Below are positions 40,033 to 50,503 of a stretch of 64,000 nt of DNA, piece after piece. This DNA comes from Candidatus Pacearchaeota archaeon (lineage in GTDB: Archaea > Nanobdellota > Nanobdellia > Pacearchaeales > GW2011-AR1). The notes under the pieces were generated by a model. The model was not told the origin of the DNA, ran no database searches, and worked only from the letters and a program-made list of their open reading frames with translations. The stretch spans positions 75,096-139,095 of the forward strand of contig PBZO01000001.1 in assembly GCA_002731115.1 (NCBI GenBank), read 5' to 3'. Positions within the stretch are counted from its first letter, which is position 1, and the number at the start of each line of letters is the position of its first letter. A program made the translations under genes and the position numbers.

Positions 40033-40290
40033 TTAAATTAAATCTTCTTCTGAAACAATAACAAAATCCCCTATGGCAATAATTGCACTATAAGGTATTA
40101 AATGTTCATTAGACCCTATTTTTTCTAAATTAAGATTTTTGGTATAATTAGTAGAATCTTTCACGACAATATTGATTAATTCTCCGGAGATTGTTTCAAA
40201 AGTTATATCCTTAACAAAACCTAATCTTTTACCTTCCTTTGTCACAATCATTTTACTTAAAATTGCATTAAAATAATTCTTATTATTCAT
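40033..40290 (-). CDS. PRC-barrel domain protein
   Basis: IVTKEGKRLGFVKDITFE..SGEL...IPYSAIIAIGDFVIV. Confidence 0.88.
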   Translation of the reverse strand: MNNKNYFNAILSKMIVTKEGKRLGFVKDITFETISGELINIVVKDSTNYTKNLNLEKIGSNEHLIPYSAIIAIGDFVIVSEEDLI

Positions 40291-40390
40291 ATTTAAGTCA
40301 AAGGAAAATAATTTATAAACTTTTCTGTAAAAAAAGAGTTGTTTTAAAAAATATAATTTGGATATATATCCTCATTTTCGCTTAATTTAA

Positions 40391-40693
40391 TCATCCCCTC
40401 ACCCCTTCATTTCATATAGAAATATTTAAAAACAAATTTTTTTGTTTTTATTATTTTATTTAAATTTATAAATATTTATATTATATATTATATATTTAAT
40501 AATAAATTATTAATTAATTAAGATAATTTTTCCATTAGCAATTTAGGTGTATTTCTTTTGTAGTAGTTATAATAATTTATATAACAAATAAATTTATTAT
40601 CGTTGAAATATAAATTATTCAACTAATTTCCATAGGAAATTGACCTGTGAGATATTTAAATTATATTAATTAAAAAATGAGTTTATTTTAAAA
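40391..40693. other. Replication origin (oriC): ORB boxes flanking an AT-rich unwinding element
   Basis: ORB with G-string at 40401-40423 (minus: ATTTCTATATGAAATGAAGGGGT), mini-ORB ATTTCCATAGGAAAT at 40626-40640, very AT-rich tract between; directly upstream of cdc6. Confidence 0.8.
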
Positions 40694-41905
40694 ATGAAAT
40701 CAAAATTAGATAATATTTTTGAATCTTTTGACAAGAATAATATTTTTAAAAATAAATTAGTTTTACAAACTAATCATCAACCAGAAGATATTATTCATAG
40801 AGATGTTCAAATTAAACAAATTGCTTCAATTCTTGCACCTGTTTTAAGAGGAGAAAAAGCGAGTAATTTATTTCTTTATGGTAGAACTGGAACAGGTAAA
40901 ACTCTTTCAATACAATATGTTAAAAATGAATTATTAAAAAGAGTCAAAAAGGAATCTGATTTTAAATTAAATATACAATATTTAAATTGTAAATTGAAAA
41001 AAGTTTCAGATACGGAATATAGAATTTTAGCAGAACTTATTAAAAAATTAGGGGGAAATATTCCTCCCACAGGATTACCTACCGAATCTGTATATAGTAA
41101 ATTTATTGAAATTATTGATTCTGAAAAACAATTATTTGTTTTAATTCTTGATGAAATTGATCATGCAGTTAAAAAAATATCAGATGGTTTTTTATATAAT
41201 TTAACTAGACTTAATTCGGAACTTTCTAAAACTCAGATATGTATTGTAGGAATTAGTAATGATTTAACCTTCTTAGATGAAATTGACCCAAGAATTAGAA
41301 GTTCTCTTTCAGAAGAGGAGATTATTTTTATACCTTATAATGCAGTACAATTACAGGAAATTTTAATTAAAAGAGCAAAAGAAGCGTTTAAAGAGAATGT
41401 AATTCAGGAAGGAGTTATCGCTAAGTGTGCCGCATATGCTGCAAGGGAGCACGGAGATGCAAGAAGAGCACTAGATCTATTAAGAATAGCAGGAGAATTA
41501 GCAGAAAGAAGTAATTCTAAAAAAATATTATTAAAACATATTGATGAATCTAATAATAAAATTGAAAGAGATAAAATATTGGATATTATTAAACAAGAAC
41601 CAAAACAATTTCAATTAGTTTTATATTCAATTATACAATTATGTGAAAAACAAAAAAAGAATCCCATAGTCACAGGAGAAATATATAATTCTTATAAGGA
41701 ATTATGTATTAATAATAAATCAGAAGTTTTAACCCAAAGAAGAGTAAGTGATATAATTCAGGAATTTGATATGTTGGGAATAATTAATGTTAGAGTTGTT
41801 TCCAAGGGAAGAGGGGGAAGAATGAGGGAGATAAAATTAGCAATTACAGATAATATTATTAAAAAAATTAAATTAATTATTGAGGATTCTATGAATTATA
41901 ATTAA
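40694..41905 (+). CDS. cdc6: Orc1/Cdc6 replication initiator
   Basis: YGRTGTGKT, LILDEID, HGDARRALDLLR, C-terminal wHTH SKGRGGR. Confidence 0.96.
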   Translation: MKSKLDNIFESFDKNNIFKNKLVLQTNHQPEDIIHRDVQIKQIASILAPVLRGEKASNLFLYGRTGTGKTLSIQYVKNELLKRVKKESDFKLNIQYLNCKLKKVSDTEYRILAELIKKLGGNIPPTGLPTESVYSKFIEIIDSEKQLFVLILDEIDHAVKKISDGFLYNLTRLNSELSKTQICIVGISNDLTFLDEIDPRIRSSLSEEEIIFIPYNAVQLQEILIKRAKEAFKENVIQEGVIAKCAAYAAREHGDARRALDLLRIAGELAERSNSKKILLKHIDESNNKIERDKILDIIKQEPKQFQLVLYSIIQLCEKQKKNPIVTGEIYNSYKELCINNKSEVLTQRRVSDIIQEFDMLGIINVRVVSKGRGGRMREIKLAITDNIIKKIKLIIEDSMNYN

Positions 41906-41906
41906 A

Positions 41907-43523
41907 GTGGAAAATCAAAATATTTTAAACTTTTGTTTAGAAAAAGGATTTTTAATTGATAAGGAAATCTTAAGATTATTTAGCGAAACAAGTGATGTTG
42001 AATCGGTTAAATTAATTATTGAAAAAATTAGGGAAGTGTCTCAACAAAAAATTATAACTAAAGAAGTTTTTAATCAGAATAAAGAAAGAGTTAATAACTT
42101 TTTTTTAACCCTTCCAGAAGAAAATCAAAAAAAATTAGAAAATTTAAAAATAAAATTGGGGTTAAGTATTGAAATATCAAGAAAAAGTCATGAAGTTTCA
42201 ACGGATTTATCTAAATTTAGCAAATTTGAAGAAGAGAAAAAATCAGACAAAATCAATTTTAAAAACAAACAAATAAACAGCAATCTTTCTAATGTAAGAA
42301 TAATTCATTCTAATCCTATTCTAAACAAAAAATTAGAAGTAAAGGATTTTGTTAATTATTTTAGAAGTAGGTTTTCTGAAATGAAAAATATTTTACAAGA
42401 ACGTTCTGAATTAAAAAATCTCATATCAATAAACAAAATTTTAGGAAGTAGACAAAATTTCTCAATAATCGGATTGATTTCTGATAAAAGAATAACCAAA
42501 AATAAAAATATTCTACTTGAAGTAGAGGATTTAACGGGTAAAATAAGAGTATTGATTTCTCAAAACAATCCCGATATATATAAAAAAGCAGAAGAAATAA
42601 CTCTTGATTCTGTAATTGCTTTTAGGGGCACTGGAAATAGGGAAATAATTTTTGCAAATGAGGTTATCTTTCCAGATTCAATAATTTTTGAGAGAAAAAA
42701 GTCTCCTGTGGAAGAGTTTGTTTTATTTACAGCAGATTTGCATATTGGAAGCAAGTTATTTTTAGAAGAAAATTTTTTAAAATTTATTGATTATTTGAAT
42801 GGTAAGGTTTTAAATACGCCTGAAGTTGAAAAGATAAAATATCTAATTATTGCAGGGGATTTAATTGCAGGGGTGGGAGAATATCCTGGACAAGAAAAGG
42901 ACTTGAAGATAAGTGATGTTGAATCACAATATGCGAAAGCTGCAGAATTGCTCGGAAAAATAAGAAATAACATCAAAATAATTATTTGCCCCGGAAATCA
43001 TGATGCCTTAAGAATTATGGAACCACAACCCTTGCTTGACGAAAAATATGCATGGCCCCTCTATAATTTAAAAAATATAATCTTTGTAACCAACCCCTCT
43101 CAAGTAAATATTGGTTCAAGAAAGGGGTTTAGCGGTTTTAATATTCTTTTATACCATGGATTTTCATACCACTATTATGCAAACAATGTTTCTAGATTAA
43201 TGAAAGAAAAAGCAGTTCATCAGCCAGATAAACTTATGCATTATCTATTAAAACAAAAACATTTAGCTCCAACCCATTCTTCAACCTTATATTTTCCTTC
43301 TGCAGATGATTTTTTGGTAATAAAAGATGTTCCCGATATTTTTATTTCTGCTCACACACATAAAAGTGCTGTTTCATATTATAATAACATCCTCACTATT
43401 TCAAGTTCAAGTTGGGAAAGTAAAACAGCATATCAAGAAAAACTAGGTAATGAACCCGATTTTTGCAAAGTTCCGATGTTTAATTTAAAAACAAGAGCAA
43501 TTAAAATTTTAGATTTTGAATAA
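41907..43523 (+). CDS. polB: DNA polymerase D small subunit DP1
   Basis: OB fold (EDLTG); DLHIGS, AGDLI.GVG.YPGQ, PGNHD, HLAP, H.H motifs. Confidence 0.94.
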   Translation: MENQNILNFCLEKGFLIDKEILRLFSETSDVESVKLIIEKIREVSQQKIITKEVFNQNKERVNNFFLTLPEENQKKLENLKIKLGLSIEISRKSHEVSTDLSKFSKFEEEKKSDKINFKNKQINSNLSNVRIIHSNPILNKKLEVKDFVNYFRSRFSEMKNILQERSELKNLISINKILGSRQNFSIIGLISDKRITKNKNILLEVEDLTGKIRVLISQNNPDIYKKAEEITLDSVIAFRGTGNREIIFANEVIFPDSIIFERKKSPVEEFVLFTADLHIGSKLFLEENFLKFIDYLNGKVLNTPEVEKIKYLIIAGDLIAGVGEYPGQEKDLKISDVESQYAKAAELLGKIRNNIKIIICPGNHDALRIMEPQPLLDEKYAWPLYNLKNIIFVTNPSQVNIGSRKGFSGFNILLYHGFSYHYYANNVSRLMKEKAVHQPDKLMHYLLKQKHLAPTHSSTLYFPSADDFLVIKDVPDIFISAHTHKSAVSYYNNILTISSSSWESKTAYQEKLGNEPDFCKVPMFNLKTRAIKILDFE

Positions 43524-46500
43524 GATGGACTCTCAAACTTATTTTAAAGATATTGAAAAGAATGTTAGAAAAGCATATGTTATAGCAGAGGATGCTAGAA
43601 AAAAAGGATTTGATCCTGTAGAGAAAGTAGAAATTTCTTTAGCAAGAAGTTTAGCCGAAAAGGTTGTAGGATTAATTTCAACAGTATATCCTCAAGTAGA
43701 AGGTTCGGGAATTACAAAAAGAATACTTGAATTAGAAAAAGAATATGGAAAGTTAGATACAATGGTTGTGTTTAAAATTGCAGAAGAAGTTGCAAAACAA
43801 AAATTTTGTAAATTTGAAAGTTTATTGCAGGCAATTGAAGCCGGGATAAGAGTGGGTTTTGCCTATGCTACCCTGGGCGTTGTATCAAGTCCAATTGAAG
43901 GATTTACTGAATTAAGATTAGGAAAAACAAAAGAAAATAAGGAATATTTTGTTGCTTATTTTTCAGGACCAATTCGTTCTGCAGGAACAACTGCCAGTTG
44001 TGTTGTTTTAATGTTAATTGATTATTTAAGAGAAATGTTTGGATATTCTAAATATGATCCTGATGAAGAAGAAATTAAAAGATATGTAACAGAAAATACA
44101 GATTATCATGAAAGAATTACCAATTTACAATATTTTCCGACAGAAGAAGAAATGATTTTTTTAGCAAGAAACATTCCCTTTCAAATTTCAGGAGAACCAA
44201 CAGAAAGATTAGAAGCATCAAACTATAAAAATTTGAGTAGAGTTGAAACTAATCATCTTCGTGGAGGAATGTGTTTGATTTTTTCAGAAGGATTAGCACA
44301 AAAAGCACCAAAAGCCTTTAGATTATTAAATAAAGCAAAGAAAAAAGGACTTATTACGACGGGTTTTGATTTTCTAGAAGAGTATATTGAATTACATGAA
44401 AAAAGAAATATGGGAAAAACAGATGATTCTCCAGCATATATACGGGATTTAGTTGCAGGAAGACCTGTTTTTGGACATCCCTCGAGATCAGGAGCATTTA
44501 GGTTTAGATATGGGAGGGGAAGAAATAATGGATTTAGTGCAGTATCAATACACCCTTCATCAATGGCTATTACTGATGGGTTTATTGCTACCGGAACTCA
44601 ATTAAAAACAGAAAAACCAATTAAAGGGAGTATTGTAACTTCTTGTGATTCTATTGATGGACCTATTGTTAAATTATTTAATGGAAGTGTAAAAAAACCT
44701 CTAACTATGGAGGAGGCAAAAAAACTTTATCCAGATGTTGACGAAATAATTTATTTAGGAGATATCTTATTTTCTTTTGGAGATGTATTAAATAGAAATT
44801 CTAATTTGCTTAAACCGGGATATGTTGAAGAGTGGTGGAAACTCGATTTAAGAGAAAAAGATTCTTTTTTAGAAAAAGAAATAGATTCAGTTAATGTTTC
44901 TTTTGAAAAAGCAGTCGAAATAAGTAGAAAATATGAAATTCCCTTGCACCCAAAATATATTTTTTACTGGACAGAAATCTCTACCGATTACTTTATTGGA
45001 TTAATTGAATGGCTAAAACATTCAAAAATAAATAAGAAAATAATTTTTTCATTTAATAAACAAGAGCAAGAGAAATATTATCTAGGCAAGAGAGCCTTGG
45101 AATTATTAGGAATAGAGCATGAGGTTACAATTGAAAATGTTGTTTTAAATGAAGAGAATAGCAAAGCTCTTTTGGCAAATTTGGGGGTAGATTTTAATTT
45201 AATAGATAAAGATAATTTTCTATTAAAAGATATTTTTGATATAGATAATTTTAATTTAAAAAATACTGTTTTTGAAATTATTAATTCTGTTTCCGATTTT
45301 ACAATTAAGGATAAGGCTGGAGATTTTATTGGGACTAGGATGGGAAGGCCTGAAAAAGCAAAACTTAGAAAATTAGCTGGGAGCCCAAATGTTTTATTTC
45401 CTGTTGGAAAAGAAGGAGGAAGATTGAGAAGCATTCAAGCAGCATGTGAAGAAGGAAAAGTTAAAAGTACCTTTCCAATTTATCATTGTAAAAAATGTAA
45501 TGAAGATACAATTTATTCTATTTGTGAAAATTGTAAGAATAAATCCGAAAAAGCATTTTATTGTTTCGAATGCAAACAAAAATTTATTAATAAACTTTGT
45601 CCAGAACACGGAAAATCTAAACCTTATTCTTATCAATCCCTGGATATAAATCATTATCTTGAAAAAGCTAGAGAGAAGATTAGTTTTGATAAATCAGAAC
45701 TTCCCCCCTTAATTAAGGGAGTTAGAGGCACCTCTTCATCAGAACACAAAATGGAGAATCTTTCTAAAGGAATCTTAAGAGCAAAACACAATTTGCAAGT
45801 AAATAAGGATGGAACAATCAGATTTGATGCAACAGAGTTACCTTTAGTTTCTTTTAAACCCAAGGAGATTTCAGTAAGTATAGAACAACTCAAAAAATTA
45901 GGTTATAATAAGGATATTTTTGAAAAAGAGCTTATTAATGAAAATCAAATTTTGGAATTAATGCCTCACGATATTCTTCTTCCAAGTCCCAAAGATTGTT
46001 CGGATGAAAAAGCAGATGAGGTTTTTATTAAGGTGTGTGATTTTATTGATGAGTTATTAATTAAATTTTATGGATTAAAGGCATTTTATAACGTTAAAAA
46101 AAGGGAAGATTTAATCGGAATACTTGGGGTTTGTATGGCTCCTCATAATTGTGCAGGAGTTGTTTGTAGGATTATTGGTTTTTCAAATACACAAGGTCTT
46201 TTGGCAAGCCCCTATATGCATGCTGCAATAAGGAGAGATTGTGATGGGGATGAAATGGCAGTTATGCTTCTTATGGATGTTTTATTAAATTTTTCTAGAG
46301 AGTTTTTACCTAGCCATAGGGGAGGAACACAAGATGCTCCATTAGTTCTTAATGCAAAAATTGATGCTGGAGAGGTAGATGATCAAATTTTAGACTTTGA
46401 GTTAGTTAAGGAATATCCTCTTGAACTTTATAAGCTTGCTGAACTAAGAAAACATTCATCTGAAATAAAAATTAAAACAGTTGATTCTGTTTTGAATAAA

Positions 46501-46989
46501 GGTGAAAATCCATTTATTAATCTTGGTTTTACTCATGATACAACTAATTTTAACGAGGGGGTAGTTTGTTCTTCATATAAAACTCTTGAAACAATGAAAG
46601 ATAAGGTTAAACATCAAATGGAGCTTGTTGAAAAAATAAGGGCTGCAGATACAAAGGATACTGCACGATTAATCATTGAAAGACATTTTATAAGGGATAT
46701 GAAAGGTAATCTGAGGAAATTTTCTATGCAGCAATTTAGGTGCGTTGCATGTAATGAAATTTTAAGAAGACCTCCATTAAAAGGAGTTTGTCCTAAATGT
46801 AATGGAAAGATTATATTTACAATTCATGAAGGAGGAATAAAGAAATATCTTGAACCGGCATTAGATTTAGCTAATAAATATGATTTGTCCCCTTATATTA
46901 AACAAAGTCTTGAACTTACTAAGAGATATATTGATTCTGTTTTTGGAAAAGAAATCGAAAAACAAGAAGTTTTAGTAAAGTGGTTTTAG
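43516..46989 (+). CDS. polC: DNA polymerase D large subunit DP2
   Basis: GPIRSAGTT, RMGRPEKA, KDGTIRFD, RRDCDGDE; no intein seen. Confidence 0.96.
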   Translation: MNKMDSQTYFKDIEKNVRKAYVIAEDARKKGFDPVEKVEISLARSLAEKVVGLISTVYPQVEGSGITKRILELEKEYGKLDTMVVFKIAEEVAKQKFCKFESLLQAIEAGIRVGFAYATLGVVSSPIEGFTELRLGKTKENKEYFVAYFSGPIRSAGTTASCVVLMLIDYLREMFGYSKYDPDEEEIKRYVTENTDYHERITNLQYFPTEEEMIFLARNIPFQISGEPTERLEASNYKNLSRVETNHLRGGMCLIFSEGLAQKAPKAFRLLNKAKKKGLITTGFDFLEEYIELHEKRNMGKTDDSPAYIRDLVAGRPVFGHPSRSGAFRFRYGRGRNNGFSAVSIHPSSMAITDGFIATGTQLKTEKPIKGSIVTSCDSIDGPIVKLFNGSVKKPLTMEEAKKLYPDVDEIIYLGDILFSFGDVLNRNSNLLKPGYVEEWWKLDLREKDSFLEKEIDSVNVSFEKAVEISRKYEIPLHPKYIFYWTEISTDYFIGLIEWLKHSKINKKIIFSFNKQEQEKYYLGKRALELLGIEHEVTIENVVLNEENSKALLANLGVDFNLIDKDNFLLKDIFDIDNFNLKNTVFEIINSVSDFTIKDKAGDFIGTRMGRPEKAKLRKLAGSPNVLFPVGKEGGRLRSIQAACEEGKVKSTFPIYHCKKCNEDTIYSICENCKNKSEKAFYCFECKQKFINKLCPEHGKSKPYSYQSLDINHYLEKAREKISFDKSELPPLIKGVRGTSSSEHKMENLSKGILRAKHNLQVNKDGTIRFDATELPLVSFKPKEISVSIEQLKKLGYNKDIFEKELINENQILELMPHDILLPSPKDCSDEKADEVFIKVCDFIDELLIKFYGLKAFYNVKKREDLIGILGVCMAPHNCAGVVCRIIGFSNTQGLLASPYMHAAIRRDCDGDEMAVMLLMDVLLNFSREFLPSHRGGTQDAPLVLNAKIDAGEVDDQILDFELVKEYPLELYKLAELRKHSSEIKIKTVDSVLNKGENPFINLGFTHDTTNFNEGVVCSSYKTLETMKDKVKHQMELVEKIRAADTKDTARLIIERHFIRDMKGNLRKFSMQQFRCVACNEILRRPPLKGVCPKCNGKIIFTIHEGGIKKYLEPALDLANKYDLSPYIKQSLELTKRYIDSVFGKEIEKQEVLVKWF

Positions 46990-47023
46990 ATAATTTTTTA
47001 ATTGGCAATTCTTTTTAGTTTTT

Positions 47024-47362
47024 ATGAGTTTGTTTTCTGATAGTGATAAAACAAAAAGTTTCCTGTGGATTGTGTCATTTTTAGTTGCATATGCGGGATT
47101 GGTTGGATTTACATGTTTTATATTTGAAGAATCCTTGCAACTTCAGAGTTTTGCAGCATACATATATGTGAATGCAGAAGATTGGAATGGTTTGGAAGAA
47201 CATATTAAATTGATGGAAAAAACCCAGCGTGTTGCAGAAATTTGGATTAAGGGAGTTGGTTGGAGTAATCCTATAATGTGGCCTGCATTTTTATCTTATC
47301 TAGAGTCTAATGAAGCATATATTAATACATTAAAAAGAAAAATTGAATTAGAAAAAAAGTAG
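47024..47362 (+). CDS. Hypothetical membrane protein
   Basis: 112-aa ORF with N-terminal TM segment. Confidence 0.6.
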   Translation: MSLFSDSDKTKSFLWIVSFLVAYAGLVGFTCFIFEESLQLQSFAAYIYVNAEDWNGLEEHIKLMEKTQRVAEIWIKGVGWSNPIMWPAFLSYLESNEAYINTLKRKIELEKK

Positions 47363-47549
47363 AAATTTAATAAAAAATGTAAATGGTATAATGAAAAAAG
47401 GGGTCTTTTTTATATTTTGGACAAAATGTAAATATACCAAAGACAAGCATAGTTCAAAATACCCAATAATATTCCTAACAACAATGCAATAATTATTTCA
47501 ATTAATATTTTATCAAATACTTTATAAAATATATATTATTTGTTGTTTT

Positions 47550-48566
47550 ATGGTTATGAGCATTAATCAAAGAATTGAATTAATAAAAAGAAATACTTCT
47601 GAAATTGTAGGAGAAGAAGAACTAAGAGAATTATTAAAGGGAAAAAAAGAAATTACTCTTTATCATGGATTTGAACCTTCTGGAACAGGATTACATATAG
47701 GAACAATGATTGGAGTAAACAAGCACATCGATTTTCAGAAAGCTGGTTTAAAATTAAGATTATTATGTGCTGATTTGCATTCTTACTTAAATAAGAAAGG
47801 AAGTTTATCAAAAATAGAGCATATTGCAGAATTATATAAGGAAGGCTTTGCAGCATTGGGTGTTGATATGAAAAAAGCAGAGTATATCCTTGGAAGTGAA
47901 TTTCAATTAGGCCATGATTATGTTTTAGATGTTTTGGAATTATCTTTAAAAGTGAGATCTTTAAGGGCAAATAGAGCAATGTCTATAATTGCAAGAGAAG
48001 AAAAAGATCCTCATGTTTCCCAAATGATTTATCCCCTAATGCAGGTAGCAGATATTAAGCATTTGAAAATAGATATTGCATTTGGAGATATGCCTCAAAG
48101 AAAAATTCATATGTTGGCTAGAGAAAATCTTCCAGGCTTAGATTATAAATCACCTATTGCAATACATCACGAAGATATGGTTGGGCTTACAGGAGGAAAA
48201 ATGTCTGCAAGTATTCCTAACTCAAGAATTATGATTGATGAAGACCCTGATTCAATAAGAAAAAAAATCCAAAAGGCCTTTTGTCCCGAAAAACAAATTA
48301 AAAATAATCCCATTTTGCAAATTTGTGAATTTATAATTTTTCCGAGACAGGGAAAACTGAAAATAAAAAGAGATAAGAAATATGGGAAAAATCTGGAATT
48401 TAAGGATTATAAACAACTTGAAAAAAGTTATGAAAAAAATTTACACCCGTTTGATCTAAAAAATGCAGTCGCAGAATCATTAATTAAGGTTCTTGAACCA
48501 GTTAGAAAACATATGTTAAAAAAAAGTATAGTTGAATTAAAAAAATTAATTGATAAGATGGATTAA
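47550..48566 (+). CDS. tyrS: Tyrosine--tRNA ligase
   Basis: YHGFEPSG..LHIG, YPLMQVAD, GGKMSAS, LHPFDLK. Confidence 0.94.
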   Translation: MVMSINQRIELIKRNTSEIVGEEELRELLKGKKEITLYHGFEPSGTGLHIGTMIGVNKHIDFQKAGLKLRLLCADLHSYLNKKGSLSKIEHIAELYKEGFAALGVDMKKAEYILGSEFQLGHDYVLDVLELSLKVRSLRANRAMSIIAREEKDPHVSQMIYPLMQVADIKHLKIDIAFGDMPQRKIHMLARENLPGLDYKSPIAIHHEDMVGLTGGKMSASIPNSRIMIDEDPDSIRKKIQKAFCPEKQIKNNPILQICEFIIFPRQGKLKIKRDKKYGKNLEFKDYKQLEKSYEKNLHPFDLKNAVAESLIKVLEPVRKHMLKKSIVELKKLIDKMD

Positions 48567-48663
48567 TTTTAATTATCTTTTATTTTTTCTCCAGTTTTCT
48601 TTAACTCTTTTTCTTTGTTTTTTATAATAATGCTTCTTTCTAGACGCTTATTCATTTTTTTAA

Positions 48664-49575
48664 TCATTTAGTTTTAAACTCTACAACATCCATATCCTTT
48701 AGTTTATGGTTTAATCCTACTTTTTGCCCTGAAAATTTTGATGAAGGTCCCCATATTTTTGTTTCTTTGACTTTATTAGAGAATCCTTTTAGGATTTTTT
48801 CTGCAACTTCTTTTATAGTCGAATCTGGCTTAAGAACTATTGGTTTTTTTGATTTTTCTTTTCCAGGTTCTTTAGTATAGATTCTTATTTTATCAAAGCT
48901 TTCAAAAATTTTATTTTTTAATTCATCAATTCCCTCCCTTGTTTTAGTAGAAATTAAGATAAAGTTATATTTTTTTGATTCCAGGGTTGCAGCCATTTTT
49001 CTTTTTTCGTTTTCTGTTAATAAATCTATTTTACTAAAAATAATAAGCTTCTTTCCAGGAGTTTTCGTTAATTTTTCTTGAATCTTAGTTATTTGTTCTA
49101 ATTTTGTTACTAAAATTAAGATAGTATCTGCCGTATTAACAATGCCCTTATCATAAGATTCAGACTCTATTGCAGGAATTTCTATAATTTGAATATTAGT
49201 TCCCATATAACCCATCATACCAATTATAGGATAGGTTGTTGTAAATTCGGGATTAGATATTCTTGGATGTGCATTTGTTAAAATAGAAAGCAGAGAAGAT
49301 TTTCCCGTATTTGTAAAACCAATTAAAACTGCTTGCATATCTTCTTTTTTTATTCCAATTTTGTTTGACTTGCCAGATTTTTTTGATTTTTCTACTTTTT
49401 CTTTTAGTTTCTTATAACGGGTTTTTAGATTTGCAAGCATATTTTCGCTGCTTTTATGTTTGGGGCATTCCTTGATCATTTCTTCTAATGCCCCTATTCT
49501 TTCCTTATCTGTTAAAGCTAAAAGAAATTTTCCCTGCGCTTTTTGGTATGCGGGAGACTGATTTGTGGATGCCAT
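48664..49575 (-). CDS. DRG/OBG-family GTPase with TGS domain
   Basis: PKHKSSE, GFTNTGKSS, FTT, SKID, IYTKEPG, GQKVGLNH.L.D.D. Confidence 0.88.
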   Translation of the reverse strand: MASTNQSPAYQKAQGKFLLALTDKERIGALEEMIKECPKHKSSENMLANLKTRYKKLKEKVEKSKKSGKSNKIGIKKEDMQAVLIGFTNTGKSSLLSILTNAHPRISNPEFTTTYPIIGMMGYMGTNIQIIEIPAIESESYDKGIVNTADTILILVTKLEQITKIQEKLTKTPGKKLIIFSKIDLLTENEKRKMAATLESKKYNFILISTKTREGIDELKNKIFESFDKIRIYTKEPGKEKSKKPIVLKPDSTIKEVAEKILKGFSNKVKETKIWGPSSKFSGQKVGLNHKLKDMDVVEFKTK

Positions 49576-49609
49576 TTAATTTTTAAATCAACATCCCTAT
49601 AAAAATTTA

Positions 49610-50500
49610 ATGAAGATATTAATTATAAAATTAGGGGCATTAGGAGATGTTGTAAGAACAACAGTGTTATTAAGTGAATTAATTGGAGAAATTTACTGGT
49701 TAAGCAAAACTAATGCAGGGGATTTGTTGAATTCTTCAAAAATATCAAGGAAATATTTTATTGAAAGTAATAAAGATTTATCAAAATTACAAGGGGAAGA
49801 TTTCGATTTAGTAATTAGTTTGGATGAAGAAAAAGAAGTCTTGGAAATTGTTAAAAAAATTAAAACAAAAAGATTAATTGGAGTTTATTTGGATTCTAAT
49901 GAAAATATTAATTATACTAAAGAAAGTTCTTATTGGTTTGATATGTCTCTATCAAGTAAATTTGGAAAGAAAAGAGCGGATGAACTAAAAAAAGAAAATA
50001 TTAAATCTGTTCCCCAAATTTTAATTGAAATGATTGGAAAAAGGTGGAGGGGGCAAGAATATGATATAGGTATTATTCCAGAGAAATTAGAAAAAGTTAA
50101 AGGGAATATTGGATTAATTAATATTTGTACAGGAATTTGGCCAAATAAAGCCTGGAACGGATATGAAACTTTAAAGAGGAAATTAGAAGAAACATATAGG
50201 GTTAAGTTTTTAGAAATTAAAGGAACTTTAAAAGAACACATTGATGAAATAAATAATTGCGAATTAGTTGTTTGTGGAGATACCTTGGGAATGCATCTTG
50301 CTCTTGCTTTGAAAAAGAAATTAGTTATTTTATTTAATTGTACGCCTCCTCAAGAAATTTATGGTTACAATAAGGCAATTAAAATCCCTGGCCCCTTATT
50401 AGAAAAGTATCTATATAAAAGGTCTAAGGATATTGAAGCAATATCTGCAATTAAAGTAGATGATGTTTATTGTAGGGTAATTAAATATTTAAAAAAATAA
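49610..50500 (+). CDS. Glycosyltransferase family 9 (heptosyltransferase-like)
   Basis: IIKLGALGDVVR, WPNKAW, CGDTLGMHLALAL. Confidence 0.85.
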   Translation: MKILIIKLGALGDVVRTTVLLSELIGEIYWLSKTNAGDLLNSSKISRKYFIESNKDLSKLQGEDFDLVISLDEEKEVLEIVKKIKTKRLIGVYLDSNENINYTKESSYWFDMSLSSKFGKKRADELKKENIKSVPQILIEMIGKRWRGQEYDIGIIPEKLEKVKGNIGLINICTGIWPNKAWNGYETLKRKLEETYRVKFLEIKGTLKEHIDEINNCELVVCGDTLGMHLALALKKKLVILFNCTPPQEIYGYNKAIKIPGPLLEKYLYKRSKDIEAISAIKVDDVYCRVIKYLKK

Positions 50501-50503
50501 AAA

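Noticed and set aside
43516-46989. Intein in DP2 (also checked Cdc6)
   Set aside because: Lengths are normal and no C...HN splice motifs or LAGLIDADG blocks were seen.
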